Assembly: GCA_030167865.1 (NCBI GenBank)
Contig: JALAGF010003564.1
Span: forward strand, 1 to 64,000
Length of the DNA: 64,000 nucleotides
Direction of reading: 5' to 3'
Origin: Craspedostauros australis
Taxonomy: Eukaryota
This document shows, in pieces, positions 46,076 to 58,800 of the stretch. The notes under the pieces were generated by a model. The model was given only the letters and a program-made list of their open reading frames with translations, did no database searches and was not told where the DNA came from. The position numbers and the translations under genes are program-made. Numbering within the stretch: position 1 is the stretch's first letter; the number at the start of each line of letters is the position of its first letter.

Positions 46076-47221
46076 ATGGCATCCGTAACGACACCGCAAT
46101 TCCTGTTCCCAACGCTGCAACCGCAGGAGCGCAAGAAGGACAGCACGCCCAAGGCCAAGCGCATTGAGAATCCGCTGCTGAACCGCAGTGCTGCGCTGCA
46201 CAACACGGGCGTCGCTGCCAACACGAGCGTCTTTGGCACGGGCAGCGCCTTCCAGACGACGGCCTTCACGTTCGGCAATGCTGCGTCGCGTGCGCCGTTG
46301 CATTCCATTCAGAATACCATCAGCGATGGCTCTCGCAATAGCAGTGTGGTCAAGCCGGCGGACGCCAGTGCTCGGACGAGGACATCGACTCAGGTGGAGA
46401 AGGAAGAGGATGACTTCTTCTTTGGGGCACCGCCGCCCAAGGCCAGTCTCAGTATGATGGGATACATGAATCAGCGGCAGCAGCAGAAGTCGCAGCAGCC
46501 ACAGAGTGCCAACCCCAACACCAATGTCGGTGTCGGTGTCAGTGTTAGCACACCAACAGCATCTGCATTCCCAACCATCAGCAGCGGAAGCAACACCGCA
46601 TTCAGCACAACCACACCAACAGCCACCACCACCACCACAATGAAACAAACATTCGGAACGCAACCACCGCGCGCGTCCACAGCCAACCCTTCTGCCTCGT
46701 CCGCCGAAGCCTTCAGCACGTTGCAACCAGCCTACGTCGACGACAACCGCTGGGTCCTCGTGCACGGATACACCAACCAGGACCAGTACGAAGAGATCCT
46801 CGCCTTGTGCCACACGTTGGGCTGCGTCACGGATTCGCGCGGCGCCACGACGTCCAACTGGGTCGCCGTCCAATTCGCCGATCCCCTCGCCGCCCAAAAG
46901 GCCATCTGCCACAACTCGCATCGTCTGCCCAGCGGCATCTTCATCGGCGTCACGCAGCTGACACCGCAGCTGCATCGATCGATTCATGCCTCCGAATTTG
47001 CGGTGGGACGTGTCGATCGCGCACCGGCGGCGAAGCCATTCTTTACGGACGTCTACGATCGTGACGCCATCATTCATCCCAAGATGGACTTTCTGGACGA
47101 TCGCGATATTCTGTTGCATTGCGAAGACGACCCTGCGCAGGAAGCCGCGACGTCCGTGTGCGATCGTGTCATGGCGTGGTGCAAACAGTGGGTCCAGCCG
47201 ACGAAGGCGAAAGGCGAATAG
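46076..47221 (+). CDS. Nup53/Nup35-like nucleoporin (MPPN-type RRM), 381 aa
   Basis: Disordered S/T-rich N-terminus with scattered FG dipeptides and a PPPKASL motif; RRM-like WVLVHGY...G.V......NWVAVQF.DPLAAQKAI..N......IFIGV; C-terminal amphipathic helix SVCDRVMAWCKQW. Confidence 0.78.
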   Translation: MASVTTPQFLFPTLQPQERKKDSTPKAKRIENPLLNRSAALHNTGVAANTSVFGTGSAFQTTAFTFGNAASRAPLHSIQNTISDGSRNSSVVKPADASARTRTSTQVEKEEDDFFFGAPPPKASLSMMGYMNQRQQQKSQQPQSANPNTNVGVGVSVSTPTASAFPTISSGSNTAFSTTTPTATTTTTMKQTFGTQPPRASTANPSASSAEAFSTLQPAYVDDNRWVLVHGYTNQDQYEEILALCHTLGCVTDSRGATTSNWVAVQFADPLAAQKAICHNSHRLPSGIFIGVTQLTPQLHRSIHASEFAVGRVDRAPAAKPFFTDVYDRDAIIHPKMDFLDDRDILLHCEDDPAQEAATSVCDRVMAWCKQWVQPTKAKGE

Positions 47222-47338
47222 AGTCGATTAGCGTAACGTAGTGTATGGTGAATACTATAATACGATCTTACGCTCTTGCGCTCTTACACTAATGCTAATG
47301 CCAATAGTAGTCCTCATAGTATACTACTCGATGTATGT

Positions 47339-47677
47339 CTACTTGTCATTCCATTGACAGCTGCATTTGACGCACTTGTAGAATACCGACATGGGCTCGT
47401 CGGCGCTTCGGATCTGAATTTGCATGAAGTACGCCTCGTTGTGGTTGCACGTGGGACACACGGCCATAGTGCGGTCCACGTTCTCCCACGCTGCGGCGCC
47501 GCCCAAGATGTCGTCCACTTGCTTGCGTTTGGGATACGCCTTCTTCGTCACGACGGACGCGATCTTGCACGAGTACGGGCATGTGCTGCAGAAGAAGTAC
47601 CCCTGCGGGTTGGCCTCGTCCGACAGGGCATTCTGCCGCACCTGCAGCAACGTTCCATCCGAAGGGCAGAACCACAT
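47339..47677 (-). CDS. RPC11: RNA polymerase III subunit C11 (RPC10/POLR3K), 112 aa
   Basis: MWFCP.DG.LL, FFCSTCPY, KQVDDILGGAAAWENVD, CPTC.HNEAYFMQIQIRSADEPM..FYKCVKC..QW (TFIIS-like zinc ribbon). Confidence 0.96.
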   Translation of the reverse strand: MWFCPSDGTLLQVRQNALSDEANPQGYFFCSTCPYSCKIASVVTKKAYPKRKQVDDILGGAAAWENVDRTMAVCPTCNHNEAYFMQIQIRSADEPMSVFYKCVKCSCQWNDK

Positions 47678-47697
47678 TCTGTTTTTTTTTGTGTGGC

Positions 47698-50095
47698 TCA
47701 CAGCGTCGTGATGCCTTTGTCCAAATCTCTCCAACTCGTCGGATTCTCACGATTGAAAAATCCTGGTCGCAGCGGCATGTAGTTGTGCATTTCCAGTTTT
47801 TTCGGCATCGGGCTGTAGTAGTACGTCGTGGGCAATTTGCCGTCCTCGTATCCTGGTTGTCGTTCGTGGACGGAATGGTACCCGCGGATGCGGTTGATGT
47901 ACCCCGTGAAGGTGGAATAGAAGCAACCGAAGAAGACGCGACCACGCGATGCCACGAGCTGGTCGATCATGCCGTAGTAGTTCGTGTTCATATCCTTGAG
48001 AAGGTGCATGAAATCATCGAGGAAGACGACGTCGTAATGCTTCTTCATGGGATCGAAGAAGGACTTATCGCGTTCGTCCGTGGCGATGAAGATTGTCATG
48101 CCCGGCGTCAGCTCGTCCTTCGTGTACTCGTACAATTCGTCGCCCGAAATGCGCGTCGTCTTATACTGGAAATCGCCGCGGCGCACATGGAACGAATCGA
48201 AGATGCCATCGGCATTGCCGCGTTGTTTGGATCGCTGCCGCACGGCGTCGACGAGGCGGGCGCCGGCGCACTGGATCTCGTCTCTGTACCGGATATGATC
48301 GCGCACGAAGCGCTTCATCCACAGATCCTCGCGCCAATCCTCGAAGAAGAGGAAGGCGTAGAAATGCACGAGCATGCGCAGTCGCTCTTTGTGGTTGCAT
48401 TGGAAGTGGAGGGTCTGCTGGTTTTGCAGGAACTCGTCGTAAACGCACAGCGCCTTGCGTCCCGCGAGATTCTCCTCCAGTCGCTGCTTCGCTGGTCCAT
48501 CCACCGGGACGGGGTTTCCGATGTACTTCTCCATGGCGTGCCTCATGTCGTCGTGATTCTCCTCCATCACCTCGTGCACGAGCTCCTGCAGCATCTCCGT
48601 GTCCTTGTGATCACCCGATTTGGGAAAAGCGGGAAGGCACTGTCCTGGATTCCATCTGGCCGTCACCGAAACGTTTCGCAAGTAGCCTCGCAGGACGTCG
48701 TAGTCCGGCTGATCGATGCCATCCCAGTTCGTGCGGTTGCCCGGCGGGAACAAGACGTTCCCGGTGTCCTGGCTCTTCAGCTTGCCTTTCATGGCGAGCC
48801 TCGTGAGATACTCCTCCATCGAGATGATGTCCAACCCGGCGTGTTCATCTGCCAGTTCCTGGATGGGAAAGAAATCGGCGAAACCAAAGTGATTTTGCTG
48901 GCCGCCCTTGCCTTTTCCCAGCAGGTACCTGCAAGTATAGAGCAAGTGCAACATGATATAGTCGATTAGAGTAAAATAACTCATGGTCAGGCATACACAC
49001 GATGCATACGATGGGAGACGGATGGATGGTGTCACATAGTGGCGAGTACAAATGAAGTACGCGCTCTTTCCACTGACAATGAGTATCACGATGGCGACAA
49101 CAGCGACAACAACAACTTACATTTTCTTTTGAGGCGGCATCACAAGCGTTCGGCCCATAGCGACGGCCAATCCTGTTTGGTATTGATGTAGAGGATGGTA
49201 CAAAGCGGCGTTGTCGCATGAATGCACAACGTGCATTGCAAGCACAGAGTGGTGTCATAATTTTCAGCATTTGCAACGACGAACGAATTTGTGAGTCGTT
49301 GGATCGGATGTTTTTCGACGATGAAGCTTCATAGCATAGGTGTACATAGACCTGCGCATCCACACAACCCATCGTACAGCGTGCCGCATCACAACATTAC
49401 CGCCCACTCCACATAACGCCATCGACACCTTGCATCATGCAGCACTCGACATCCACCACCATGCCAATATTATTCGCACTCGTCGTAGTTGCGACACTGT
49501 CACCCGCCACATCCTCACCTATCGTCGATTCCATGGCCATGCGAATGTTGTTCCAACCACCGCCATCCGGCTCGAATGTCATGTACCGCTCCTCCGCTTT
49601 GGACTGCCGATGGAAGGGACTGACGTAGGCGGCATCCGACGGAATCTCCTCCCAATACACCATCTCCTGCGCGGCTGCTTCGGACGGACCACCGAAGCGA
49701 TCGCAATTGAGCTTGCTCATGACGGGATCTCCCGCATGCATCTCCACGGCATGTTCCGTCACAACGTCCTCATCCTCATCATCATAATCGTGATGCGCTT
49801 CTCTGCGCTGATGCAATTGCTGGATATCGTCATAATGATGCTGCTTCAGCAGTTCCATCTTTTTCTTGCGCGCTTCTTCGGCATGCGTCAGGTAGTGAGC
49901 CAATCGATCGTGGATCGGCGTATCGTGCGCATGCTGGATCTGTTCCGTCGAATGCAAGAAGCTCAACGAGAAGGACATCAGGAAGGCGACGCCGAAGACG
50001 CCGATGAAGAGATCGTTCATGCCCGTGCCACCGCGTTTCCGTCGTTCGGTCGTTGGTTTTGTCGTTGCGCCATTTTGTGGCAACGGAGTCGGCAT
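47698..50095 (-). CDS. GDP-fucose protein O-fucosyltransferase-family glycosyltransferase, type II membrane; 3 exons (50095-49519, 49172-49121, 48928-47698), ~619 aa
   Basis: N-terminal TM (LFIGVFGVAFLMSFSLSFL), YMTFEPDGGGWNNIRMAME, AVAMGRTLVMPP, HVRRGDFQ, IFIATDE, IDQLVASRGRVFFGCFYSTFTGYINRIRG. Introns GTGAGG(49518)..CAG(49173) and GTAAGT(49120)..CAG(48929) keep the frame. The exact start is uncertain. Confidence 0.88.
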
Positions 50096-51482
50096 GGTTG
50101 CTGTTGTGGCTGTTGTGGCTATAGTATTGTTGTTCTGTGTCACAGGCGCCGAGGATGGGAGTCACTACAGAGAGCAGTAGTACCAATGGCACGATCTATC
50201 GAACCGGAAAAGTGAGGCCCAATGGGCGAAGAAGCGATGCAATTCAGGTGCGAGGATGGACTGTCTCCCACAGGAGAGAACAGAGCGAGTATTTGATAGT
50301 CGTACGCAGCAGTCGCAAGCAAGGCTTCGAATGGTTGTTCCATGTATGCAAGTGTCACAAGAACTCGTTGGACAAACAGCAACCGAGAATCCTGTGCGGT
50401 TCCAACGGTCATCATCATTGTCAACATCGTCGCCGTCATGTTCGCCGCCATGGTCGACGCAACCAGGTTGTTGCCTTGGTCATTCTGGTCATCTGCTATG
50501 TTCCACTCGTGAGCGATTTATTCGTGAACAAAACACAAACACGTTCACGACACACCCAAACCAACAGACATTTGGCGCCAACAAGAGATACCAAGTGACA
50601 TTCGCACTGTGTCAAACAATCGCGCACAGTCACGGCTTCTCCTGTTTGTGCCACCCAAACGGCTATGAATGAAAACTTTGCATCATTATGTTGTGACGTG
50701 TTGGCTTGAAGCACAAAGACGATTGTACCTAAGGGAGCCACGCATGGACGATTTGTTCGTGAGCATGATTTATCACAAGTGATGCGAAGTGCTGTGTGGG
50801 CAAGACCAAGTGCGAACCTGGGCGCAATTCACTTTCACATCCGAGTGTGAGTGTTCGTGTTGTTGTGAGTGCAGTGATCCAAATCGAGCAAATGTTGTGG
50901 AAGGGGCGCAGCCATAATCGCGCGATACATAGTTGTACCGACGATTCGGAGGTCACTCCAGTCAAGCGTCATTGATGACAGTTGCTGAGCAAGCAAAGTT
51001 CGTTCCCAACAAATGGATGCAGCGGGTGTGTGCTTGACCTTCACCCGACTCGTAGTCGTACTTGTGGTGCCGAGGATAACTTGCTCGCGTACAGATACCG
51101 GGTACGGGGAGCAACACGAGCACATGCTCGCACCCAAAAGAGGCAAGCAGTAGTTGGAATGATGATTATTATTGTTATAACTGTGCTTTTAACTTGTGCG
51201 CGCTTTTATGTGCTATGTTCTGTGTATGGTGTGGTATTTGTATTGGCGGAGTGACGAGTGCTCTGGTGCAGTTCACCCATGGTGATAGGTGTCGTCTGTT
51301 CCACCCTGGACAGTGTCGTGGACTGGCTCCAGTGACGCTTACGGCCTCGTCTGATCCCCGTGTGTTCGCTCTGCTTCGCTGTGCGTGTAGATCCTTTGTT
51401 GCGCTTGTTACTGTTGTGTATGGACAAAAAGACGTGTATCGTGGTACGCTGTGTGTTGGCGTTTTGTGGATGCCATCGCCTT

Positions 51483-53228
51483 CTAGAAGATGTTGGGCCC
51501 GCCATTGGCAGCGGCAGCTCGCAGATGCGCTGCGATCGTGCTGTTGGAATGGACAGCAGCGGAACTAGTGGCCGGCGTGGGCGTCATGGAACTGCTGAGG
51601 AGGCTGTGTTCATGCAGCAATTGTGCTGCGTGCTGTGGCAGCATGCCTGGAGCGACGAGGGCGGAGGGCTGCATCATGGCGGCGGCGGCAGCATTCTGCG
51701 CTGCGCCTTGTGACGCAACCATGCCATGCAGGCCGCGAAAACCGAGCGCATGCTGTGACAGGTGCGACCCAGCAGCAGGTCTTGGCATGCCCATACCCAT
51801 GCCACGCGCCGCCATGAGGTACTCGGCGGATCCCGGTGACAGGAGCTGCGGTGGAACGGCCGCGGATGGAACTGCTGCAGCGCTGGCGGCACGGGGGTCC
51901 ATCATGACGAGCGGCGCCGTGGGTCTTGTGGGCATGACGGCGAAGCCAGCCGCGGCAAGTTTTTGGTGGTTGAAGAGCCGCAGCTCGGCCGCCAGCAGGG
52001 CATTCTGCTGCTGCTGTTGTTGTTGCTGATGTTGTTGCTCCTGCTGCTGGCGCTGCACGGCGATGGACATGAGCTTCTGCTGTCGCAGCAGCTGCTGTTC
52101 CTGCTGCTCCTTGCGGTCCAGCTCCTCGCGCACTTGCTGGGCGTTGTGTCGCATCTGCTGGCTGACCTTGTCGCGGGCCAGCACGTCACCGATCTCGAAC
52201 CAGTAGCCGGAGCGTTCATCCTGCTTGAGGAAGCGGCCGCCGCGGTCTCGGATGATGCGCACGACTTCGCGCGAGATGAGGGGCTTGTCGTTCTTCTTCG
52301 CGCGCAGGTACATGGCGCGGTACTGGTCGATGACGTTGCGGAAGTAGCGGTTGCCGATGTGGAGGTTGGAAGCGCTGCCGCGTCCGCACAGCACGTCCCT
52401 GTCGCAGTAGGTGGCCATGCCCTTTCGTCCTGGGGGCACCATGCCCTTCTGGTGCTTGCCGGGCATGCGCTTGCGCTTGAGGGTGGGGGCGTTGGCCCAT
52501 TCGAGCTCCTCCTTCAGGGATTCGGCCTCGTTCTTCTTGGCGCCGGAGTCCTTCTTGTTCGTCTTGTTGTTGTTGTTGCTTTTGCTGCTTTTGTCCTTCT
52601 CCTGTTGCTGCTGCTTCGACTTGGAGCCTGCAGCAGATGGAGAACGACTGACGCGCTTCGACGATGGCTGCTGCTGCCGCAGCTCGGCGGCGAAAGCCTC
52701 GCTTGCCTTGGCGCTGTCGCCGGAGTCAGCACCTGAGATGGTGGCGAACGACCGCTTCGTGCCTGCGGCCTTGATCTTGCCGAGCTGACCATCGTCTCTC
52801 GTGGCGGAGGAGCTGGGACTGGAGCGTCCGCGCTTTGGTTGTTGTGGCTGCTGCAGGTTCTGTCGCCGTGGCTTGCCGTTGCTGCTGCTTCTGAAAGACA
52901 GCGACTCCTTCAGATCGTCGTTGGAGACGATGCTGCTGCCGGAGTTGGAGTTCGTGCTGCGGCTGCTGGGGCTTCCGCTGCCGCTGTTGCTGCCGTTGCT
53001 GTTCATTGTGGAGAGGATGCGTGTGGTATCGCTGTTGCTTGTGCTGTTGGCGCCAACTTTGGAAGTCACCGTCACTGAAGCTTTCCCCTTGTTGCTGTTG
53101 CTATTGCTGTTGCTATTGCTCACCAGATCCAACAGGGCTTGAGAGACGATGCTGTTGTGGGTTGTTTTGAGCTTACCTCCTCCTGATCGTCCTTCTGTGA
53201 TGATGCTGAGAGTGGAGTCTGTGTTCAT
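51483..53228 (-). CDS. DUF6824-domain protein with a Ser/Asn-rich N-terminus and poly-Gln / Ala-Met-Pro-rich C-terminus (581 aa); putative transcription factor
   Basis: DRDVLCGRGSASNLHIGNRYFRNVIDQYRAMYLRAKKNDKPLISREVVRIIRDRGGRFLKQDERSGYWFEIGDVLARDKVSQQMR is a canonical DUF6824 pattern; basic KRKR motif upstream; ATG 53228. Confidence 0.9.
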   Translation of the reverse strand: MNTDSTLSIITEGRSGGGKLKTTHNSIVSQALLDLVSNSNSNSNSNKGKASVTVTSKVGANSTSNSDTTRILSTMNSNGSNSGSGSPSSRSTNSNSGSSIVSNDDLKESLSFRSSSNGKPRRQNLQQPQQPKRGRSSPSSSATRDDGQLGKIKAAGTKRSFATISGADSGDSAKASEAFAAELRQQQPSSKRVSRSPSAAGSKSKQQQQEKDKSSKSNNNNKTNKKDSGAKKNEAESLKEELEWANAPTLKRKRMPGKHQKGMVPPGRKGMATYCDRDVLCGRGSASNLHIGNRYFRNVIDQYRAMYLRAKKNDKPLISREVVRIIRDRGGRFLKQDERSGYWFEIGDVLARDKVSQQMRHNAQQVREELDRKEQQEQQLLRQQKLMSIAVQRQQQEQQHQQQQQQQQNALLAAELRLFNHQKLAAAGFAVMPTRPTAPLVMMDPRAASAAAVPSAAVPPQLLSPGSAEYLMAARGMGMGMPRPAAGSHLSQHALGFRGLHGMVASQGAAQNAAAAAMMQPSALVAPGMLPQHAAQLLHEHSLLSSSMTPTPATSSAAVHSNSTIAAHLRAAAANGGPNIF

Positions 53229-55798
53229 TGTCTTCTGTCTGTGATAGCGATTGCTTGCGGTTGGTTTCTTGGTGTTACGATCGAATGCTCGGTTTGCATG
53301 CGCTTTGGTTTGGGTTTGGTGTTGTGCTGAGATTGTTTGTGTGTGTATGTGTGCGTATGTGTGTTTATTCGTTTGTTTGCTTTGCTTTCGCGCTTTGCTC
53401 TGAATTTGTTTTATGATCAATGCAATACAATCGCTCGGGTCTCTTCACTTTGAGTTGGGTAGGGCAGAGTGTAGTGGAGGACTCTTGCGTGTTGCTTGGC
53501 GCGGTTACAGTGTTTGTGAGGATGAGAGAAACTTCTTTCTTGGTTCAAGCTGAGAAATTGTATGTTCGCGCCGTGGCCGTAGCGGAGTCGCGTTATTGCT
53601 ATTGTTGTCGCGGCTCTCCACAGATTTCGATTCAGACCTCAAATACGAGCACGAACAAACCACGATCGTACACTTCGTACGAAGACTCCACAGAGAGCGA
53701 CTATCACCAGATACTTCTTTCGTGTTGATGTGGGCGTGTTCGCAGTGAGCCGCGATGGTCTCGCGTGACAAAACGGGTCGGAGAATATCATGCCTTCATG
53801 ACGCAACGCGATCGAAGTCTTTTTCTCATCGTTTGCCGTTGCGCGAGCGAATGATGGAGGAGGCGGACAAAGGAGTCAGAAGCGAGTGCCCTTCTGCGGT
53901 CATCCCATTCCATTGGCATTTGTTATGGCGGACTCCACTTTGCGCAAGACGTGCATTGTTTGTTCTGCAGCATCCAGGCCGCGTTAAGCGTGGATGTGCC
54001 AGGAGTAACGAATGGCGAGCATGGGTCTTTGCGCTTGGGCCGACACCGTGACAATGCGCGTGTGGGTGTTGCGCGACAACGTCATTGCCCACACAAGGTG
54101 TTCGCGAGTATCGTTGGCACGTTCCGTTTCCGCCCAAGGCGAGTCGCTTGGCATAAGCGAATATACAGTCTGACACAGCCAGTCGCGAACAATCATGATG
54201 AGCGACTAGACGTTAACAAATTGATCTTGGGTGCGTTGTCGTTGAGCCTGAAACGCTTTCCGTGGCCCTTTCACACGCGTTTCTGAAAATGTGAGCGATT
54301 CAACATCTTCTCCCCTTCTGCGCCCCAGTCTCGGATCGGAACAGGTTTTGGCATTGTGCGTGTTCGCTGTCATGGTGGCTTTGTACTGGTGGACAGCGAA
54401 AGTCGCCCCGTCCATGTTCGATCGTGACGGGTCGATGCGTTTGTGAAATCAGCGGACAGGATTATCTATTACTGCCTCACTTCGGTAACGCTCGTTGTGC
54501 GACTTGATGCCACCCATCCACTATTGTGCCTGTCCATCCGCGATTGTCGAACACCAACGTCATTCACTATGCGCAGAATACAAAACAACAAAGACAGAAA
54601 TAAAACTGACCAACGACGTGATGACAAAACGGATCGTGGCGGCCGATCGTGACGTAAAATCTGCCGAGAGCACAACCGAAGACCAAAGCATCGGTCCGAA
54701 TAGCTGTCGCAACACTGGTCGAGTATGAGTTGGAATAGCACTAATACTCACGAGGATACAATGGGAGAGTGTCAAAGCAACGCAGATACCGCCCTGGCAA
54801 GTGTCGACATGGGAGCTGCTCGTGTTGCGGGTCCTGTCATGCGTGCCATTGAACTCTTCGTCGCCCTCAGATCGTGGGTATCGTCATCGCCTTGGCCGTC
54901 ACCTTGGCATCACTTTATCAGCAAAGGTTGTCATCAACGACACTTCGACACCCTCGCGCTCCGTTTCGAAACCTTCTCGATGCCAACTTTGCTTTGTTCT
55001 CTGCGTCCGAGATCATCCATCAACTCCATCTCTGTGGGCTCACCATAGCGGAGGGCCGCATGCGCGTGTCGCAGAGCCCTTCACCGAAAACACGGAGTTG
55101 CAGCCATTTTACGAGTACTGTGTTCCTCCAAGTGTCTGTGGGTCCATCTGCTTTTCCCTGAAGAATGTCAATAGTGTTCCATGTCCACTTATGCTTCTAC
55201 CTTGGGAGGCTCGAGAGAAGGATGTGATTATCCGTTGCCACTGACAAAGACGTATAGCTCGCACTCTAATGTACTAATTCACTCCATGTCACAGAATCAT
55301 GAGGACAACCGGCATGCTCTCGCTTGTGCTCTGCCCCTTACACCGATTATAGTCGTACCTCTCGAGGTAAAATAGAGGCAGCCATCGCTGTTGTCGTTGT
55401 CGTTATTTGTCGGACGCACAAGCAAGAATGATGTCGATCCAAAACTCAGTCAGAAATCCGAAACAACCAACACATGCACAAACACGTGGGAAGCGGATCA
55501 CTGTGTGATGGGAACAGAAGGCGAAAACCCATCAATTCGCTTCACTTCAGCAAACGTAAGAGGAGAAACAGTGGATAGTGTAGGTGGTCTTGCCTGCCTC
55601 CTGGCTCGGATAGAGGAGAGTAAATGTGGTCGTAGAGCGCCTTCGTTGAGAGTGCACTAATCTGCTGCACTCCAATCGACACATGCTCGAGTCATCACTC
55701 GTTTGCAAGCTCTTACTTCAAGTGCCAAATGGGTGGGATTGGGTCGAGGAGAGTTTCGTCCAAGGCAGAGATTGCAGCCACGTAACCTGCTCGATTCC

Positions 55799-55824
55799 AG
55801 AGAGAGAGAGAGAGAGAGAGAGAG
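55799..55824. repeat. (AG)13 microsatellite
   Basis: Read directly in the sequence. Confidence 0.92.
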
Positions 55825-58800
55825 TTGCTTTTTGCATTGAATTGGATGTCCGTCGGCGTAGAGGGCACGTCCGTATGCTGCGTGAGTCCTCTCCATTTCT
55901 TTCCCACGCTGCCTTGCTCATGCTCGTACGCACACTCACGCAGGCCGGTCTCGATTCTATCAACGTGGAAGGCATTGCCTCGTCTGTTGCCGAAAAACGT
56001 GAACGGACACTGTCCCTCCGGTTCGTCCAAGCGCGCGATTAGGACTCGCGTGAACATTCGTAACCTCCGGACGTGCAAAGTTTTGTCCACCCGGGTTCGA
56101 CTTCCGCACAAACACCGGATGTTCACACGCGATTGCACAAAGCCGTTGCGACGAGGGTACGTGGAATTGCACTAGCGGTGATGATTGCGGGTCTCGAAGA
56201 AAAAGCCCCAACGCAACTGCCGTGCGGAGTAGTGATCTCGTTATCGTTCGCGAGCTCCGTGCGTAATCGTAGTACTCATTGTACGGGCAATTTCTCACAG
56301 TTTGCGGACCGAAAGATCTGATCACACTTCCCTCCCAATCCAGTACTCAAGAGTGAGAGAACACCTCGCGCAGCAGGTACTTGCGGGAGCACCTTCGTCA
56401 CGCTCGCAGGTATGTTCGGCGCGCTAACGCAGCGTCCTCGTAGATTTCAGTACGAAACGCAGTGAAGCGCAGTACGAGTACAACGACGCGAACTCATCGT
56501 CAAGACAGAGAGCCAAGGCCAGAAAATGTCAGCGGTTCTTCGAGATGAAATGTCGGCACTCTATTCTAGTTTGCATGTACGTACTCCGCCCCGCTCTCCT
56601 CCACTCGGCATGTGTTCTTCTTCCTCCACGCAACACACTCGCACAAGAGAAGACCGAAACGAAAAATAAGGTGATGGATACCGGCCGCGCACCGAACATC
56701 TGTTTGGTGGAGGCCTGAAGGTGTGCTGGTCCCAGTGCAGGAAGTGAAACAGAAAGCAAGGTGGCAAGGGTCCCCTCGTTGTTCCGATGAGGAAGAGAGC
56801 CATCCACCATGGCGACATTGGACCATCGACTCGCTCCCCAGCGGCGAAGCGGGAGAGAGCACGACTACGCAGGACTAAGCATTTATTATCCTCATCTGCG
56901 ATCGCCTCTTTGACCAACAAGCACCATTGTCACTCGAAACCAAACTGCGTCGCCATTGCCATCATCTATCCTCCACGAGTACGAGTACTTGTACAAGTAG
57001 CACGAAGCATGCGCGTCGCCGCCATCGTCGACGTGGGCAACCGCGCTGAGCGATCACGATTACAAACGCAATAGCTGACGGGGTAGTGATGCGGCACTGC
57101 GTCTGCCTCTGGCAACCAGTCCTTCTCTGCCATGTCTCGACCTTCTCCATGGACGGGAGCATCGTTCCAGGACGAATCCAAGATTTTGCATCAAGATGCA
57201 TTCTGTCGCATCGACAAACAAGTACGATCATAGACATCCGCCGGCTGTCGTCAACCGGAAGCGATGGCGATTTGTTCGCGGAATGGGTCTGGTGCTGTCT
57301 TCTCCCTTGGACATTGTGGTCTGCTGAGATAGCAACATAGACCAGGTCGCGGCCAAAATCTGAGGAAGAGAGAAGAGATAGAGCGAGATCCAGATTCCAG
57401 TGGCGCATACAGACATGCAGATAGATAGATAGATAGAGAGAGAGCGAGCGAAGAAAGAAGAACCGTGCAAATCCATCCATCAGCACCAGACTGCATCTTA
57501 GCAAACATCTCTGTCTCGCCGTTGCTGCTACCACCCGTACTGTGCAGAGGTGATACTTGCACCCATGACGGCATCCCAGAGGTCTTTCTTCCCTCTCTCC
57601 TTGATGATTGAATATGCTACTCGACACCCTTCACGATATGAAAGACTGTCCCTGATCACTTCAAGCGATACAGCCTGCGCGAACGATCAACACGCAGGTG
57701 CCTATTTGGGGCATGATGCTCGCGCCAATGCCCGCTCCGCAAGTATCCGGAGACAGTGCATCGTTGCTCACGTTTCATCTCCCTTGCGTCACGATGCCGA
57801 CGATCCAGTCGAATATTCCTGCGACTTGCTCTGTCAAACTTTTCGTCCACGGACAACCACTATTCTCAGAAAATCGAGGCGATGCCAAATCCGCGACTCT
57901 TATCACGAAGACGCAGGCGATCATCACCTCGTCTCCTCTCTCCTCTCCCGTTTGTCAAGTACTCTGCGGCAGGAGTCTCTCCAGGCTTGATACTCGAGCT
58001 CATGGTGTTCGAACGACAATCGCATTCCACATTCATGCAGAGAAGAAGAGTCAGAAACGACGACTGGGAACGAAGGGAGGGCCAGTCGATGGGAATGATG
58101 TGACGTTGGTGGTCGTGATTGGTGATGTATCGAGTGAACGCTGCCGCGACAGAACCCTCCACGCCGCGACGTTTGTCGAATGCGTTCGTTGTCCCTGTGT
58201 CGTGGCTCCAATAGGTCTGTGATCCTTCTCCCTCGCTTCTCCTTGGGCGCGAACGAGTTCCGGCGTTGTTGACGTCTTTGTGCGTCAGTTGCTTCTCATC
58301 CGCATGTCTCGCGAGAACAGTGAACACTGTCACACGTTTCCTTCACTTTCTGCTTTCAGCACCTTGAACTGGAGCAATGCCGCCAATGAGACATCATGGA
58401 GCTGGAACATCCAATGTGCCCAGCGCAGAGCGGTTCATGGAGCTTGGCAGAGCAAACCAGAGTACTTCATCGTGGGATGGAGGGGACAGAAACAGCAACA
58501 GCAGCAGCACACTCGACGTATTTGGCGTCGTTGTTGTTCATGTGGCTGCGAGATGTCGTGTTTTTCTTTGCACCGAAGGAAAGTTCGCGCCACAATTTTG
58601 CCAGCAAAATGACAAGATCTGTTGTTCTCGTGGGATGTCATTGGACACGCGGGATGAGTTTGGTCATGAGTCATCATGTCACGGAGATGCTGCGGCCTGC
58701 GTTTGTTTGGTCACACTTTATCACATTTCGATACTTTACCACTTAACAGTCCTCAAACGAACAAAGGCAATACAAATCGCGAATGACAAACAAATGTGCG

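Noticed and set aside
44191-48969. Long antisense ORFs (44191-45507 +, 45755-47119 -, 47581-48969 +; likewise 1172-1939 +, 13362-14178 +, 24934-25749 +, 34854-35711 +)
   Set aside because: Each mirrors a well-supported gene on the other strand and has no motifs; such shadow ORFs are expected from C/G-ending codon bias.
56040-56116. tRNA-like T-arm (CCGGGTTCGACTTCCG)
   Set aside because: No acceptor stem, D-arm or A box could be built; the B box is imperfect.
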